A DNA stretch of 64,000 nucleotides from Fibrobacterales bacterium (GTDB lineage Bacteria; Fibrobacterota; Fibrobacteria; Fibrobacterales; JAOPTW01): assembly GCA_051532035.1 (NCBI GenBank), contig JAOPTW010000013.1, positions 224,001-288,000 on the forward strand, read 5' to 3'. Each line of letters opens with the position of its first letter. Within the stretch, counting starts at the first letter, position 1. This document shows, piece after piece, positions 1 through 10,434 of the stretch. Made by a program: the position numbers and the translations under genes. The notes below the pieces were generated by a model. That model searched no databases. It saw only the letters and a program-made list of their open reading frames with translations, and had not been told where the DNA came from.

Positions 1-2621
1 TCTACAGCATTAGGGTCTACAACAGTCAGTGTTGCGGTACCAGATACTGAACCTGCATTAATAGTTAGTGGAAATGATCCTGGAGTACTTCCTGCGCGGA
101 AGAAGCCTTGACGAACGTATTGTCCACCAGTACATTCGACACTAGAAATAGTTGTACTCATAACATTCCCATATTGATCATAGGCAGTGTAATCAAGATT
201 TTTACCTTCATTAATGTTATAGGTCATGTTGTTTACTTCAATAGAAGTAAGTTCTGGGTCTGCTAATTCACCTGGAGCGCCGTATACTTCAAAATCATAG
301 AGTGAGTAACCCCATTGTGTAGCGCGTTCTATTCCTTTAATACGCATATGGTTTACATTGGTTATTGAAAGGGCAATCTCGATAACACCAGGAGTGCCGT
401 TGTTAATAAGTTTCTCGGTCTTCCAGGTTATTCCATCAACTGACGATTGTACTTCATAAGTTTTTGCACATGCTGTTTCCCAGTTCAATACCACTTTTGA
501 TATGTCAAAAGTTCCCTGGAGGTCTACTGCAATCCATTGATCGTTAGTCCATAAGCTCGACCAGCGAGTAGTTGAGTTGCCATCAATAGCTTTTTGTGCA
601 GTTACCGTTGCATCTTCATATGATGATGATGTTGCTCTTTTGTTTAGCGCTACATCAGTCACAGGAACTGTTGCTTCAATAAATGTTGCCTGAGGGTCAC
701 CAAAAAGAGTTGTTTCGAAAATACACCAGCGAATGAGTGTCCTGTTGGCATAGACTATGTTATCTTCATGACTGTCAGCATTGAGTGCTCCGAGTGTAGA
801 TAGGCCTTCATTAAAATATGCATCCCAGAATTCGCGATTGAGCTGTTGACTATCTCCATCAGTAGAAGATGTAGAGCCCCAGCCATATCTTGAGTTCATT
901 ATTACTGCATGCATTCCATTGCGAGTGGAAGTAGTGAGTTTTTCTGCAAGACAATCTGCATCAAATTCACCTGAGTAACATGCTTGCGTATAAATAAATG
1001 CATGTTGCGTATTAGTGAGCCCAAGTGCTGTACTACTCCCCATTTTTAATGCCCAGTTTCTTAAACCGTGCCCGAGGTGGTTGTAAATTGCGTGAGAGTT
1101 ACTGTTTATTTGACTCGTAAGCTGTGATACGCTCCAAACAGCATCAAAGTCATAGAGAGTTTCAACGGTAAAATCAGGATTTGCTGCAAATCCAGCTGTT
1201 ACATAGCCATGATTTGACGATCCATCTTTTATCTCATCCATGTAGTAATTGGCGAATTCTGCTCTACCAGTCCAATTCCCCATGTCTTCACCAACCATAA
1301 GCGCTTGTTTACGGAAAGGAGCATCTAGGTCAAGATTTGCATGAGCCAGAGTTTTGTATACGAAGTTAGACATTTCTTCTGGATTTTCCGCAGATGCTCT
1401 ACCAACAAGAACTTCTGCCATCAGGTCAATGTCACCACCATCAACACCATCATTTTTCTCTCCCCAGATGGCATCACCGTCATTGTTCCAATCCCCGTTA
1501 AGGCACTGAAAATAGACGTCACTTGGAATGTCTTTGGTGTAAATACTATAAGAGAGATGTATCTGTCTCATAGGAATGATGTTGATGTCACCACCAAGAA
1601 GCACATATTCAGTTTCCCAGCCGTTATATGCGTCAATAATAAAGTTTCTGAGCTTTTCGGCATCATCAACTCCAGGGTATCCACTGAGCACATCTTCGAT
1701 AGCAACGATAGTAGCAGAAGTACCATTCGCTTCTTTGTGTGCAACAAGGTCACGGATAGTCACATCAGTGTTTGCATCACGAATTTCTTCAGATGTTACG
1801 ATAACATACTGAAAGCTTTCTGATGGGTCTACTAATGGGCCCAATGGTTGTATTTGTGTTAATGGAGCAGAAGTAGTATATGAAGAGAGATCTTCTGGAT
1901 TTTCTACATTCATTGTCGCTGCATCAACATGTGCTACACGAAGTTTTCTCCCAGAATTAAGTGGAGCCTCTTTTGTTGTAATAACTTCAACAGAAATATC
2001 TGTGTAGTAGGTTATTACACCACTTTTAGGTTGATACTGAACAGGATTAATCTGTACAAATCCAACACGTACACCACGCTTTTCTTGTATGCTAATCACT
2101 TGGTGTGATGCAGCTGGAAAAGCAGCGTCTGAATTATAGATTTCAGCCTTAGGAGTTGCTTTTCTTACGCTATTCCAAGAAGTTGAAAGTGGTACCGCTG
2201 TCTCACCATGTTCAATAACATGTGATCCTGGTACCACAACTTTCCCGCCACGAATTATTTCTATCTTCTCTAGTGTTTCTCCCTCAGGAATGATAAATTG
2301 AAAAGGTATTGTTGGAAGTTTTGGCTCACCCTCTTCGCTCGTTAATGGAGCATTACCGAGTATGAGTCTTTTAGTAGCTTCGCCACTTAAAGGAGCCTCA
2401 AGAGAGAATACCTTAAGGTCAGGTGTAGAATAACGTAATTTAAGATTCTCAGTTTTCGCTGATTCACGTTTAACGAGTATAGAGGTTTCACCTTTCTTTT
2501 CTTTCAATGCATGTGTAGGATGCCATGTGTCATTTGCTGTATTTGCCGAAAGTGGCGAAAAAGCAACTAGACATGACATAAACATCCATCCAACTTTGCT
2601 GAACATTTGTTTTTGTTTCAT
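1..2621 (-). CDS. C25 (gingipain-family) cysteine peptidase with propeptide, F5/8 type C (CBM32-like) domain and Ig-like extension; 3' end lies beyond the window
   Basis: Not in the ORF track; translated by hand from ATG at 2621 (MKQKQMFSKVGW..., signal peptide, AAGGGA RBS). Frame stays open to base 1. Motifs: GEPKLP propeptide, YVIVT, EYVLLGGD, SDVYFQCLNGDWNNDGD, VGRAS, catalytic HLGHG and QACYSG, LFGDP, then VALNKRATSSS...AIDGNSTTRWSS...VDL...NWE...YSLYDFEVYG. Confidence 0.9.
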   Translation of the reverse strand, partial: MKQKQMFSKVGWMFMSCLVAFSPLSANTANDTWHPTHALKEKKGETSILVKRESAKTENLKLRYSTPDLKVFSLEAPLSGEATKRLILGNAPLTSEEGEPKLPTIPFQFIIPEGETLEKIEIIRGGKVVVPGSHVIEHGETAVPLSTSWNSVRKATPKAEIYNSDAAFPAASHQVISIQEKRGVRVGFVQINPVQYQPKSGVITYYTDISVEVITTKEAPLNSGRKLRVAHVDAATMNVENPEDLSSYTTSAPLTQIQPLGPLVDPSESFQYVIVTSEEIRDANTDVTIRDLVAHKEANGTSATIVAIEDVLSGYPGVDDAEKLRNFIIDAYNGWETEYVLLGGDINIIPMRQIHLSYSIYTKDIPSDVYFQCLNGDWNNDGDAIWGEKNDGVDGGDIDLMAEVLVGRASAENPEEMSNFVYKTLAHANLDLDAPFRKQALMVGEDMGNWTGRAEFANYYMDEIKDGSSNHGYVTAGFAANPDFTVETLYDFDAVWSVSQLTSQINSNSHAIYNHLGHGLRNWALKMGSSTALGLTNTQHAFIYTQACYSGEFDADCLAEKLTTSTRNGMHAVIMNSRYGWGSTSSTDGDSQQLNREFWDAYFNEGLSTLGALNADSHEDNIVYANRTLIRWCIFETTLFGDPQATFIEATVPVTDVALNKRATSSSYEDATVTAQKAIDGNSTTRWSSLWTNDQWIAVDLQGTFDISKVVLNWETACAKTYEVQSSVDGITWKTEKLINNGTPGVIEIALSITNVNHMRIKGIERATQWGYSLYDFEVYGAPGELADPELTSIEVNNMTYNINEGKNLDYTAYDQYGNVMSTTISSVECTGGQYVRQGFFRAGSTPGSFPLTINAGSVSGTATLTVVDPNAV

Positions 2622-2810
2622 TTAGTTTTCCCTTATTAAGTGTATACCAATGGATATCAAAAGTTCAGAAGCCTCTTTCTGTGCTCCGCCATTGGTACCA
2701 TCTATCCCCTGAGGGATAAATGGACACAAAAGATATCTACTAAAGAAGTGTGGAATATAAAATATGGATGAACTGCACAATAGGTGCTGTAAATGACACT
2801 ATGATTCAAC

Positions 2811-2832
2811 AAATGTGATGGCTGACACATTT
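2811..2832. promoter_or_regulatory. CRP/FNR-family-like operator upstream of the C25 peptidase
   Basis: AAATGTGA-tggctg-ACACATTT, one mismatch from the AAATGTGA-N6-TCACATTT consensus. Confidence 0.55.
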
Positions 2833-2931
2833 AAACCCCGAAGTGTAATTCGTCTGTATATAAATAGTTACAGAGACGTCAGTATTACTGGCACATTTCA
2901 TTGTTCAAAACCATATTTGATAGATAACCTA

Positions 2932-4731
2932 TCATGAGTTTTGGATAACTAACTCTATCGTTACACCCTGATCACTATAAATATTGAGCTGGGCTTTATT
3001 GTCATAATAGAGGTTGAGACGTTTGCGTACATTTTCGAGGCCAAGACCGGTACTACTCCCCGTTGGTTTGAAACCAGGGCCATCATCGGTAACCTTTATT
3101 ACCACTGCATCTGTATCTGTATCTGTATTAACAGAAACACTAATAGTGACTCCTGTTGTTCGGTCGCCTATACCATATTTAATAGAGTTTTCAACGAGTG
3201 GTTGCAATATGAATCCAGGTATTTTGTAGGTGGACAGTGTTTCATTGATGGTAGTTGTGTATCGAATGCTCTCACCATATCTTATTTTTTGGAGTGCAAT
3301 ATATTGTTCAAGGGCCTGCAACTCCTCTTGTACCGTAATTAAAGAGTCCTTGGATGATTCCAGTATGTTCCTATAAAAATCAGAAAGACGACAGATGGAT
3401 TCCTCAGCAAAATCAGGGTTCTGTTTTATAAGTTGTGAAATTGAGCTCAGAATATTAAACAAAAAATGAGGCTCTATTTGTGTTTGTAGTTCACTCTTTT
3501 GTGCCTCTACGGATTTTTGCAGATTTCGATAGGCTTCTTTTTGTGCTCGTACTTTACTTTTCCGCTGCTGCATTATACTCATTGATATCGCTGTTGAAAT
3601 CAGTATCAATTCAATAGTGAGACACGTCATATACCCATAGTTTGACAAGAACTCGTTCTGCATGAGGCCGTTTATGGTCAGTAGAATAAAGGTCCCACCG
3701 GTGAGGTGTACGACCCATGCGCCCAGGAACAGTTTAGCTGCAAGGTCCCCTATCTTTGCTTTAAAAATCAATAACCCTAAAGAAGAAAGCATGGGTAATA
3801 TAGAAAAGTATGTTAACGCATTTGAACCGATGCGATAGGTAAACACATACGGAACAATAAGTAATAGGAGAAGGATATATATTTGACTTTGGAAAAAATA
3901 TTCCCAAAAACGGTTTTTGAAGGTGTACGGTTGAAAGCTTCTGATCAGGAGTAAGCCAGCAAGGAAACCAAGAGATAGAGTGTGCAGATGGAGATATGAA
4001 CCAATTTCAATATGCTCTGACAAAAAAAGAAACTGTATAAATCCATGGCCACTCAGAGTGAAGTATATATGCATCGTAGCAAGAAAAAATGAGTAATTGA
4101 GGTACACCTTTTCTCGGGTAACAATGAATGTTATGAGTACTGTGAGAAAAATGGTGAGTGCCACTCCGTAAAACAGACCATACGCAAGCATTTTCTTTTG
4201 ATTGGTTAGCTGAAATAATTCGGGATTCCAGAGTTCGATTGCCATTGTCACCACTTCGCTGCTTTTGTGTCTATGATATATGGTGATGGTTTTCTTTGGA
4301 GGTATGGTTACGGGTACAACGAATATGTGATATCTGAGTGCGCGTTTACTCAGTGATACTTTTCTACCAGTAATATCAATCAGCTGAGTGTTGTGTTCAT
4401 CGATACTATAGGTTTTCAGAGTATCGATAAAGGGATCATCTAAACTGAGCCATCGAACCATTGGAGTATCATATGGATTGTGAATGGTATAGCGGGTCCA
4501 AAACGCTGAAGGTGTTCTAGGATAATACAGTATAGTATTACTATTAGGGGTGAATTCTTTATGCACTACCTGGTCAATAGTTAAGGAGGCTTCTGTATCT
4601 GCATATCCTTCAACAAGCATATTTAACCATACCCCATCATCCTTATCTGTAAGATCATAGGTTCCGGCAGAAGCGTCAATGGGCAGTAATAGATAGAGAA
4701 GAAGTAAATAAGGGATAGTAGATAATTTCAT
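2932..4731 (-). CDS. LytS-type sensor histidine kinase with 7TMR-DISMED2 and 7TM-DISM input domains
   Basis: Signal peptide, FWTRYTIHN extracellular domain, multi-TM region, QIEPHFLFNIL H-box, LQPLVENSIKYG, DDGPG, GLGLENV. Confidence 0.9.
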   Translation of the reverse strand: MKLSTIPYLLLLYLLLPIDASAGTYDLTDKDDGVWLNMLVEGYADTEASLTIDQVVHKEFTPNSNTILYYPRTPSAFWTRYTIHNPYDTPMVRWLSLDDPFIDTLKTYSIDEHNTQLIDITGRKVSLSKRALRYHIFVVPVTIPPKKTITIYHRHKSSEVVTMAIELWNPELFQLTNQKKMLAYGLFYGVALTIFLTVLITFIVTREKVYLNYSFFLATMHIYFTLSGHGFIQFLFLSEHIEIGSYLHLHTLSLGFLAGLLLIRSFQPYTFKNRFWEYFFQSQIYILLLLLIVPYVFTYRIGSNALTYFSILPMLSSLGLLIFKAKIGDLAAKLFLGAWVVHLTGGTFILLTINGLMQNEFLSNYGYMTCLTIELILISTAISMSIMQQRKSKVRAQKEAYRNLQKSVEAQKSELQTQIEPHFLFNILSSISQLIKQNPDFAEESICRLSDFYRNILESSKDSLITVQEELQALEQYIALQKIRYGESIRYTTTINETLSTYKIPGFILQPLVENSIKYGIGDRTTGVTISVSVNTDTDTDAVVIKVTDDGPGFKPTGSSTGLGLENVRKRLNLYYDNKAQLNIYSDQGVTIELVIQNS

Positions 4732-4744
4732 AATTTCAATACCA

Positions 4745-5482
4745 TTATTTAAACTGATGGCTATATGATCTACTCACATCAAGTAATGTAGAGTCACCTT
4801 TGACTTCCACTTCCATACAGCTATAGAGACTTTTCTTTATGGATTCAATACAATGCCTGTTTACGATGGTACTTCTGTGTATACGAGTAAATACATCGGG
4901 ATCTAATTGAGTTTCGAGTTCGTTAAGGGTTGTATTCACTGGGTACTCTTTGTCTGAATCGGTATAGATTACTGAATAGCGTTCGTCACTCTTTATGTAC
5001 CGTATCGATGCGACATTAACCATCTGAATTGTGCCAGCTATGTTACAATGAATCCACTTGATGTATTGTTTCGGGATTTTACTTTCCAGTAGTTGTACAA
5101 GTGCATTATGATCTGAGAGCGATACCTTCATCCGATGAATCTTATTGAGTACTCGATCAATGTCATCTTCTTTGATCGGCTTAAGTAAGTATTCAATTGC
5201 AATTTTTGTTGTGGTAAATGCTTCAAGTGCATACTTGTTATACGCTGTTGTAAAAATGATAATAGGATTATGAGTCAGCTTTTTAATGAGATCAAATGCA
5301 GTTTTATCATGTATTTCAATATCAAGAAAGATCAGATCGGGTTGGAGTGTATTGATTAAATCGGTAGCCTCATCCACAAAGGATGCTTCACCAATAATGG
5401 TACATTCTGTTTTTTGAGATAACAGAGATTTAATTCTATCCCGAGCACCTTGCTCATCATCAATAATTATTACGGTATACAT
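4745..5482 (-). CDS. LytTR-family response regulator
   Basis: REC domain (IIDDE, FLDIEI, TTAY, LLKP) plus LytTR motifs FTRIHRSTIVN and VSRSY. ATG at 5482 preferred over TTG at 5497. Adjacent to the LytS kinase. Confidence 0.92.
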   Translation of the reverse strand: MYTVIIIDDEQGARDRIKSLLSQKTECTIIGEASFVDEATDLINTLQPDLIFLDIEIHDKTAFDLIKKLTHNPIIIFTTAYNKYALEAFTTTKIAIEYLLKPIKEDDIDRVLNKIHRMKVSLSDHNALVQLLESKIPKQYIKWIHCNIAGTIQMVNVASIRYIKSDERYSVIYTDSDKEYPVNTTLNELETQLDPDVFTRIHRSTIVNRHCIESIKKSLYSCMEVEVKGDSTLLDVSRSYSHQFK

Positions 5483-5824
5483 CTTTTTTCTCTGCAATAT
5501 AGGGTTACAGGCTGTCGACTAACTTTGAGCAAATTGTGTTTAATGTAATAATAGTATTTAAAATGGCGAATTCAAATTAGGATTCACCTTATAGTAAGGT
5601 CGCCTCTAAAAATTATTTTACGAAAGAGCCTGCCTCACCCGCGCAATTGCATTATCCCCCGGGGACTATTATTAAAAGAGAAAAAACATACGTGACTGGG
5701 CCAATAGAAGACAATAAAGGGACGCTTTTCCGCGAAAGTTTTAAATAAAATACTGAATTGATAAAATGCTTCCATTTTTTAATTATTATTTTTATCAGAT
5801 TTTATGTTACTGTAAGGATATAGT

Positions 5825-6832
5825 ATGTTTCGCTCTATTAATCATTCCTTTTTCTTTTTGTTTGGCGTAATTTTGGTAGGTGGTTGTACTTTTTCAAAGG
5901 ATGATATCCTTTCCAATGACATGAATGAGATGAGCAGTAGTGTACCAGTAGCTCTCTCTTCAAGTAGCCATTCTCTTAATAGCCTTTCTTCACATGCAGT
6001 CGCACTCAATCGGGATACTCATAGTAGTAGCGGAGGAGTTATAGAGCAGGAGAAACGGGGAAATATTCTCAATCACTTTGAGAGTAACAAGGATACAATC
6101 ATATCCTGGATACACTATGTAAATAATAGTGAATTACCTGATACCGTCTTTCTACATAGTGATATGATTGAGTCTGCCAATTGGCTTGTCTACCCATATG
6201 ATGTGAGAGTGTATTCAGACTTTCTGAATCATACTTTACAAAACTATAGCCCCAAAAATGTTGCACACATAGAAATACCCGATTCGTTACAGAATGCAGC
6301 GGATACCCTCTTGATTAATTATGGACTTGAGCCGAAAATACCCATACAATCCCCAAAGCATATGAAACAATCAGGAACTGCATATTTTGAACAGAGCTCA
6401 ATTAATGCATTAACATATATGCTCACTGACATCAACGCAAATAGTAAGGGGAAATTAATAGGGAAAATATTGGGGAAATTTACTCTTTTAGAATATCCAG
6501 ATTGGGCTGAACAGTCCACTGCGACAACAATACCAGGGTGCGATTCATACGATCCTTTTCATGAAAGTCACCGTAAATGTGGAGACTCTCTAACTGTTGG
6601 ATATATGCCGTTAATGATTTCAGAATCATGCCCACAAGTTGCATACCTTGCTGATCATAGGTTTACCACACCCGCTTATAAGCTGTCTCATACAAGGATA
6701 ACAGTACAATGGAATACCATAGATATGCCTACGGAATCGAACTGGAAGGTAGAGAGAACGAATGCCTATGCAAATAAAGATACCGTAAACATTATCATAG
6801 AGCATCACGAGCCGTATTGCGATGAAAGGTAA
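5825..6832 (+). CDS. Hypothetical lipoprotein with Ser-rich N-terminal linker
   Basis: Lipobox-like LVGGC, AAGGA RBS, 335 aa ORF. Confidence 0.75.
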   Translation: MFRSINHSFFFLFGVILVGGCTFSKDDILSNDMNEMSSSVPVALSSSSHSLNSLSSHAVALNRDTHSSSGGVIEQEKRGNILNHFESNKDTIISWIHYVNNSELPDTVFLHSDMIESANWLVYPYDVRVYSDFLNHTLQNYSPKNVAHIEIPDSLQNAADTLLINYGLEPKIPIQSPKHMKQSGTAYFEQSSINALTYMLTDINANSKGKLIGKILGKFTLLEYPDWAEQSTATTIPGCDSYDPFHESHRKCGDSLTVGYMPLMISESCPQVAYLADHRFTTPAYKLSHTRITVQWNTIDMPTESNWKVERTNAYANKDTVNIIIEHHEPYCDER

Positions 6833-6992
6833 GATGCATTCCTTGTCCAAATGGATGTGAAATGTTTCCATTAACCCAAGAGTCATCTTTTAGCTGGTTA
6901 ATCATAAGTTGGCTTCCTTCTTTATTTAGGAAGTAGTACCCTTCCCTAACACTGATTGCTCAATCTGATTAAACTATCACTATTCTCAAAAT

Positions 6993-7025
6993 AAAAATGA
7001 CCCGCCGGCATAGCCAACGGGTCAT
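6993..7025 (-). terminator. Intrinsic terminator after the ricin-lectin gene
   Basis: ATGACCCG/CGGGTCAT stem followed by a T-run on the minus strand. Confidence 0.7.
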
Positions 7026-7053
7026 AAAAAACACTAGTATATGTAACGATCTA

Positions 7054-7983
7054 TTACTGGTGTACTAAATTCCAGTATTTAGATACACCAGTACTACAGC
7101 TTCCAACTACAACAGATGCATTATCATCATAGCTGTCGTTTTCTATTGTAAGACAATCATCAGCATTATTTACTGATCTAATAAAGTACACACCAGTAGT
7201 AATTTTTTCAATTTTCCATTTCTGATTGTTTTGAGCAGGATATCCTTCCCAGACCTGAACGTTTGATGAGTTAAGATCTTTGTCAAGAAGCTTCCATCCA
7301 ACAGTATTACGGATCTCATACTCGCCATTACCCAAGTGAGAAACGTTCCATACTTTTTTCTGACCGTAGTCAACATCACAGTTAAACTGAAGGGCATCAT
7401 CACCATTCACGTCATTCCAAATTGATGCACATTTTCCCGATCTATTATTTTTCAATGTATATGAACCACTGAATACTTCTTCTGTTGCAGGAGTATAGAA
7501 GTAGTATGCACTACAATAGCCAGTAGTAACTTCTACATTTGCACCAACGTAGTTACCATTATCAATGTTAGTTGATAAACAAACTTCAGGATTGCTTTTC
7601 AAGCGTAAATAGAATTTCCCTCCTGGTTGTGATGATTCAGTAATTATCCATGAACGGTAATCCTGAACATCCTCTCCATATTGTTGTACATTACTACCAT
7701 ATCCGTAGTTTTCTACATCAAAAAGTTTGTTTGATCCTACATTTCTGATACTATAACTCTCACCATCATTATTTTTAGTAACAGAAAATGATTGTGCATC
7801 TGTTGTATTACAATCGTGCATCTGAATATTTGCACCATTTTCAGTAGAAGCAGCTTGAACATCCATACAATAGTTCGCAACCTTATACATACCAATTTTA
7901 TATTGACCATTTGCCAATTCTGCTTGTGCAGTACCCGCGAGTACTGTTAATGCGGTGAGTGTTGAAAGAATAATTTTTTTCAT
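7054..7983 (-). CDS. Secreted tandem ricin-B (CBM13-like) lectin protein
   Basis: Signal peptide (AQA), CMDVQAASTENGANIQMHDCN, repeated Q-x-W/F motifs, two beta-trefoil units, no catalytic domain seen. Confidence 0.85.
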   Translation of the reverse strand: MKKIILSTLTALTVLAGTAQAELANGQYKIGMYKVANYCMDVQAASTENGANIQMHDCNTTDAQSFSVTKNNDGESYSIRNVGSNKLFDVENYGYGSNVQQYGEDVQDYRSWIITESSQPGGKFYLRLKSNPEVCLSTNIDNGNYVGANVEVTTGYCSAYYFYTPATEEVFSGSYTLKNNRSGKCASIWNDVNGDDALQFNCDVDYGQKKVWNVSHLGNGEYEIRNTVGWKLLDKDLNSSNVQVWEGYPAQNNQKWKIEKITTGVYFIRSVNNADDCLTIENDSYDDNASVVVGSCSTGVSKYWNLVHQ

Positions 7984-8353
7984 TATTTGTCTCATTTATT
8001 AATTTGTGTGATGTTTCTGGTAGGCAACCCCTACTAACCAGAAGTACACCTGATTACTCTGGTGTGATTTTCAATGTAGACATTCATCATTATAGATTCA
8101 AAGGGTTCAAACTATGCCTTGAATTATGCGTACCGAAAGCGTACTCAATAATTAAACTCAGCCCAGAGTTTTACGACAAACGCATGGGAGCACTCTGAGA
8201 TTCAGGAGTGAGAAGTCAAGTAATACAATTTGAGAGGAATCAATGCTTATTACTTGACTTTTTTTTTGGGGGGGGCATATAGATGTCACATTCTTTCGAT
8301 TGCGATCTATACTCCACCCTAATCATCAATGTAAATCTACACCATATGAACGT

Positions 8354-9763
8354 TTAATTTGCAAATTGCGGTGTTCTCACCGAACCATTCACCTCAAACG
8401 CTACATCTTTAATAATGAGGTTACCTTTCGTATCATCACCTATTTCACTACCAATCTCGAAACGACTAACCCAATATTCATCAGATATACCTGCGGTAGT
8501 AACCAACCAATCAAGAGCGACTTTCACATCAAGTACCCCAGTAAATTCATTCATAGAACCATCATCTGCCCTAAACTGATAATACTTCCAGCCACCCGAT
8601 GACCAACTATCATCTTGGTGACACAGTGTGTACTTTTCTGTGCCTGCATCCAAGGTAATATCAGTACCAAACTTACTTCCCCATTCGCTAGGATTGCATT
8701 TCCATCGCCCAGAATGCCAACCCCAAAAAGTCATTAATTCTACTTTAGGCTGTGGCTGATTGGTTGTGGTTGGATCGTATTTAGTGAGCCACATCTCAAA
8801 ATTGATATTCCAACTCGTACTCTCTTGAAGATCGATAGCAAGTGAATCTATGCTTATTGTTGCACTCCTGATATCCTTCACTTGAAGCGGAAGAATGTCT
8901 GTGCTTGAACGGCTTGGTGGATCTGTTCTATCGCTTTTATTCAATGGGAATGCCCCTATCTCAACCTCTGGATAATCAGGAGTATTACTTGCATCACGTG
9001 GATAATTCGGCTCACACGCCCCTCTATCAAACTTCCAGCCAAAGCGATGTTCCGCATCTACAAAAATTTCGTAATCCGTATTACATTTCAATTTTTTAGA
9101 ACCCCAGGTATTTCTAAAGAGCTCAATATCTCCCATATGAATACGTGCCCAATCTGAATCTTTTGAAACCGGCACCATAACAGTCCCTGGGCGCCCCAGA
9201 ACAGCGCTTGAAGAGCTCACAACCGAACTACTTGACGAAACGGATGACGATATCGATGAAGAGCTCACTGGTTGGCTACTTGAGTTTGATGACAGTGAAC
9301 TACTTACCGTGGCACTACTAGAACTCACGACAACAGATGAACTGCTTGACTGAGAACTACTGACTGGTGAGCTACTTGATGAGGCGTTACTGACTGAGCT
9401 TTGTGTTTGTCCTGAACTCACTATTGAATCAGGTTGAGCACTGGAAGAGCTACCCTGACTACTATGAAATTCGTTGGTTAAAGAACTAATGCCCGTAGCT
9501 CCTGAAACTGAAGCACGAGCACTTGAGCTATTCTGAGCACTCGAAACGGTTAAGTCACCAACAGATGACGATGACGATACTATAGGCGCACTACTACTCG
9601 GATTACTGCCTATTACGGTAGTATCATCGGGTATGGTTGCTCCTATCTGGTGCGAACTACTGGGTATTGGTGATGTTCCAATCGTAGGGGAGCTATTTGA
9701 ATCATTACATCCTAAGAAGCTTAACAATGCTGCAAGGATGATAACTAGGTAGGGGTGAATCAT
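8354..9763 (-). CDS. Lipoprotein with long Ser-rich linker and C-terminal GH12-like glycoside hydrolase domain
   Basis: Lipobox FLGC, ~150 aa poly-Ser linker, RNTWG, YPEV, NINFEMWL, ELMTFWG (nucleophile-like) and FEIGSEI (acid/base-like) motifs. Confidence 0.7.
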   Translation of the reverse strand: MIHPYLVIILAALLSFLGCNDSNSSPTIGTSPIPSSSHQIGATIPDDTTVIGSNPSSSAPIVSSSSSVGDLTVSSAQNSSSARASVSGATGISSLTNEFHSSQGSSSSAQPDSIVSSGQTQSSVSNASSSSSPVSSSQSSSSSVVVSSSSATVSSSLSSNSSSQPVSSSSISSSVSSSSSVVSSSSAVLGRPGTVMVPVSKDSDWARIHMGDIELFRNTWGSKKLKCNTDYEIFVDAEHRFGWKFDRGACEPNYPRDASNTPDYPEVEIGAFPLNKSDRTDPPSRSSTDILPLQVKDIRSATISIDSLAIDLQESTSWNINFEMWLTKYDPTTTNQPQPKVELMTFWGWHSGRWKCNPSEWGSKFGTDITLDAGTEKYTLCHQDDSWSSGGWKYYQFRADDGSMNEFTGVLDVKVALDWLVTTAGISDEYWVSRFEIGSEIGDDTKGNLIIKDVAFEVNGSVRTPQFAN

Positions 9764-9942
9764 AGTTATTATCTCTATTTTGTGAATGATGAGATAAATA
9801 TAACCATTATCGGTCTCCATCAGTATTGTGAGTTGGCTAATATAAACAGTAAGCGCTTTTTACGGGTAGTTCATTAATGTTTGTTACATGACTTTGGAAG
9901 AGAAACAGATGCTATGGGGCTGTTTCCATGTGAGATACCTAT

Positions 9943-10176
9943 TCAGTCTTCCCATTTCATTAATTTAATAATATTTAAAATCTCACCTTCGATATGTTTA
10001 GGGTCTCCCTCTAACTCACCCCCCCATTCTTTTGACATTAAAATTATATCTTCAGGGGCTGGTGTGTTTTTCAATAATTGAAGCTGCTCTATAAGGTAAT
10101 CTATTCCGAGGTTATTTAAATGAAGATTAAATCTTCCCTCTGCCTCTTCTAACAACACAAGTTTTTTGGGAGTCAC
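9943..10176 (-). CDS. Small protein resembling the Imm32 immunity family
   Basis: GTG start with AAGAGG RBS; GIDYLIEQLQLL...LMSKEWGGEL...IIKLMKW pattern. Confidence 0.55.
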   Translation of the reverse strand: MTPKKLVLLEEAEGRFNLHLNNLGIDYLIEQLQLLKNTPAPEDIILMSKEWGGELEGDPKHIEGEILNIIKLMKWED

Positions 10177-10434
10177 AAATACCTCTTCTTAGTTCAATAC
10201 TGCTTTGCTAATGCAGTCCACATTACGATTGAGTGCAACAGAAGGCCGCGTTATGTAAATAATAATTATTGTTTGACCTACGGGAGTGAATTAATATTTA
10301 ACTGCCTAAAAGAACGATTTGATAGCTGGCATTAAATACCTTCGCTTCAACTTATAAACGTGTAAACCGCTCGGGACGGTTGGCATGATCAGTGGCAACA
10401 AATCAGGTAAGTGCTAAAGTTTTAACAGAGTTTG

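Noticed and set aside
1341..1823. Short ORF-track entries at 1341, 1568 and 1576
   Set aside because: Shadows of the long minus-strand C25 gene.
2761..2830. LytTR direct-repeat binding site
   Set aside because: Candidate repeats are weak and unevenly spaced (about 25 and 29 bp).
5580..5740. Cobalamin or other riboswitch in the divergent intergenic region
   Set aside because: Only a GAGCCTGCC fragment and short palindromes; the conserved core elements are absent.
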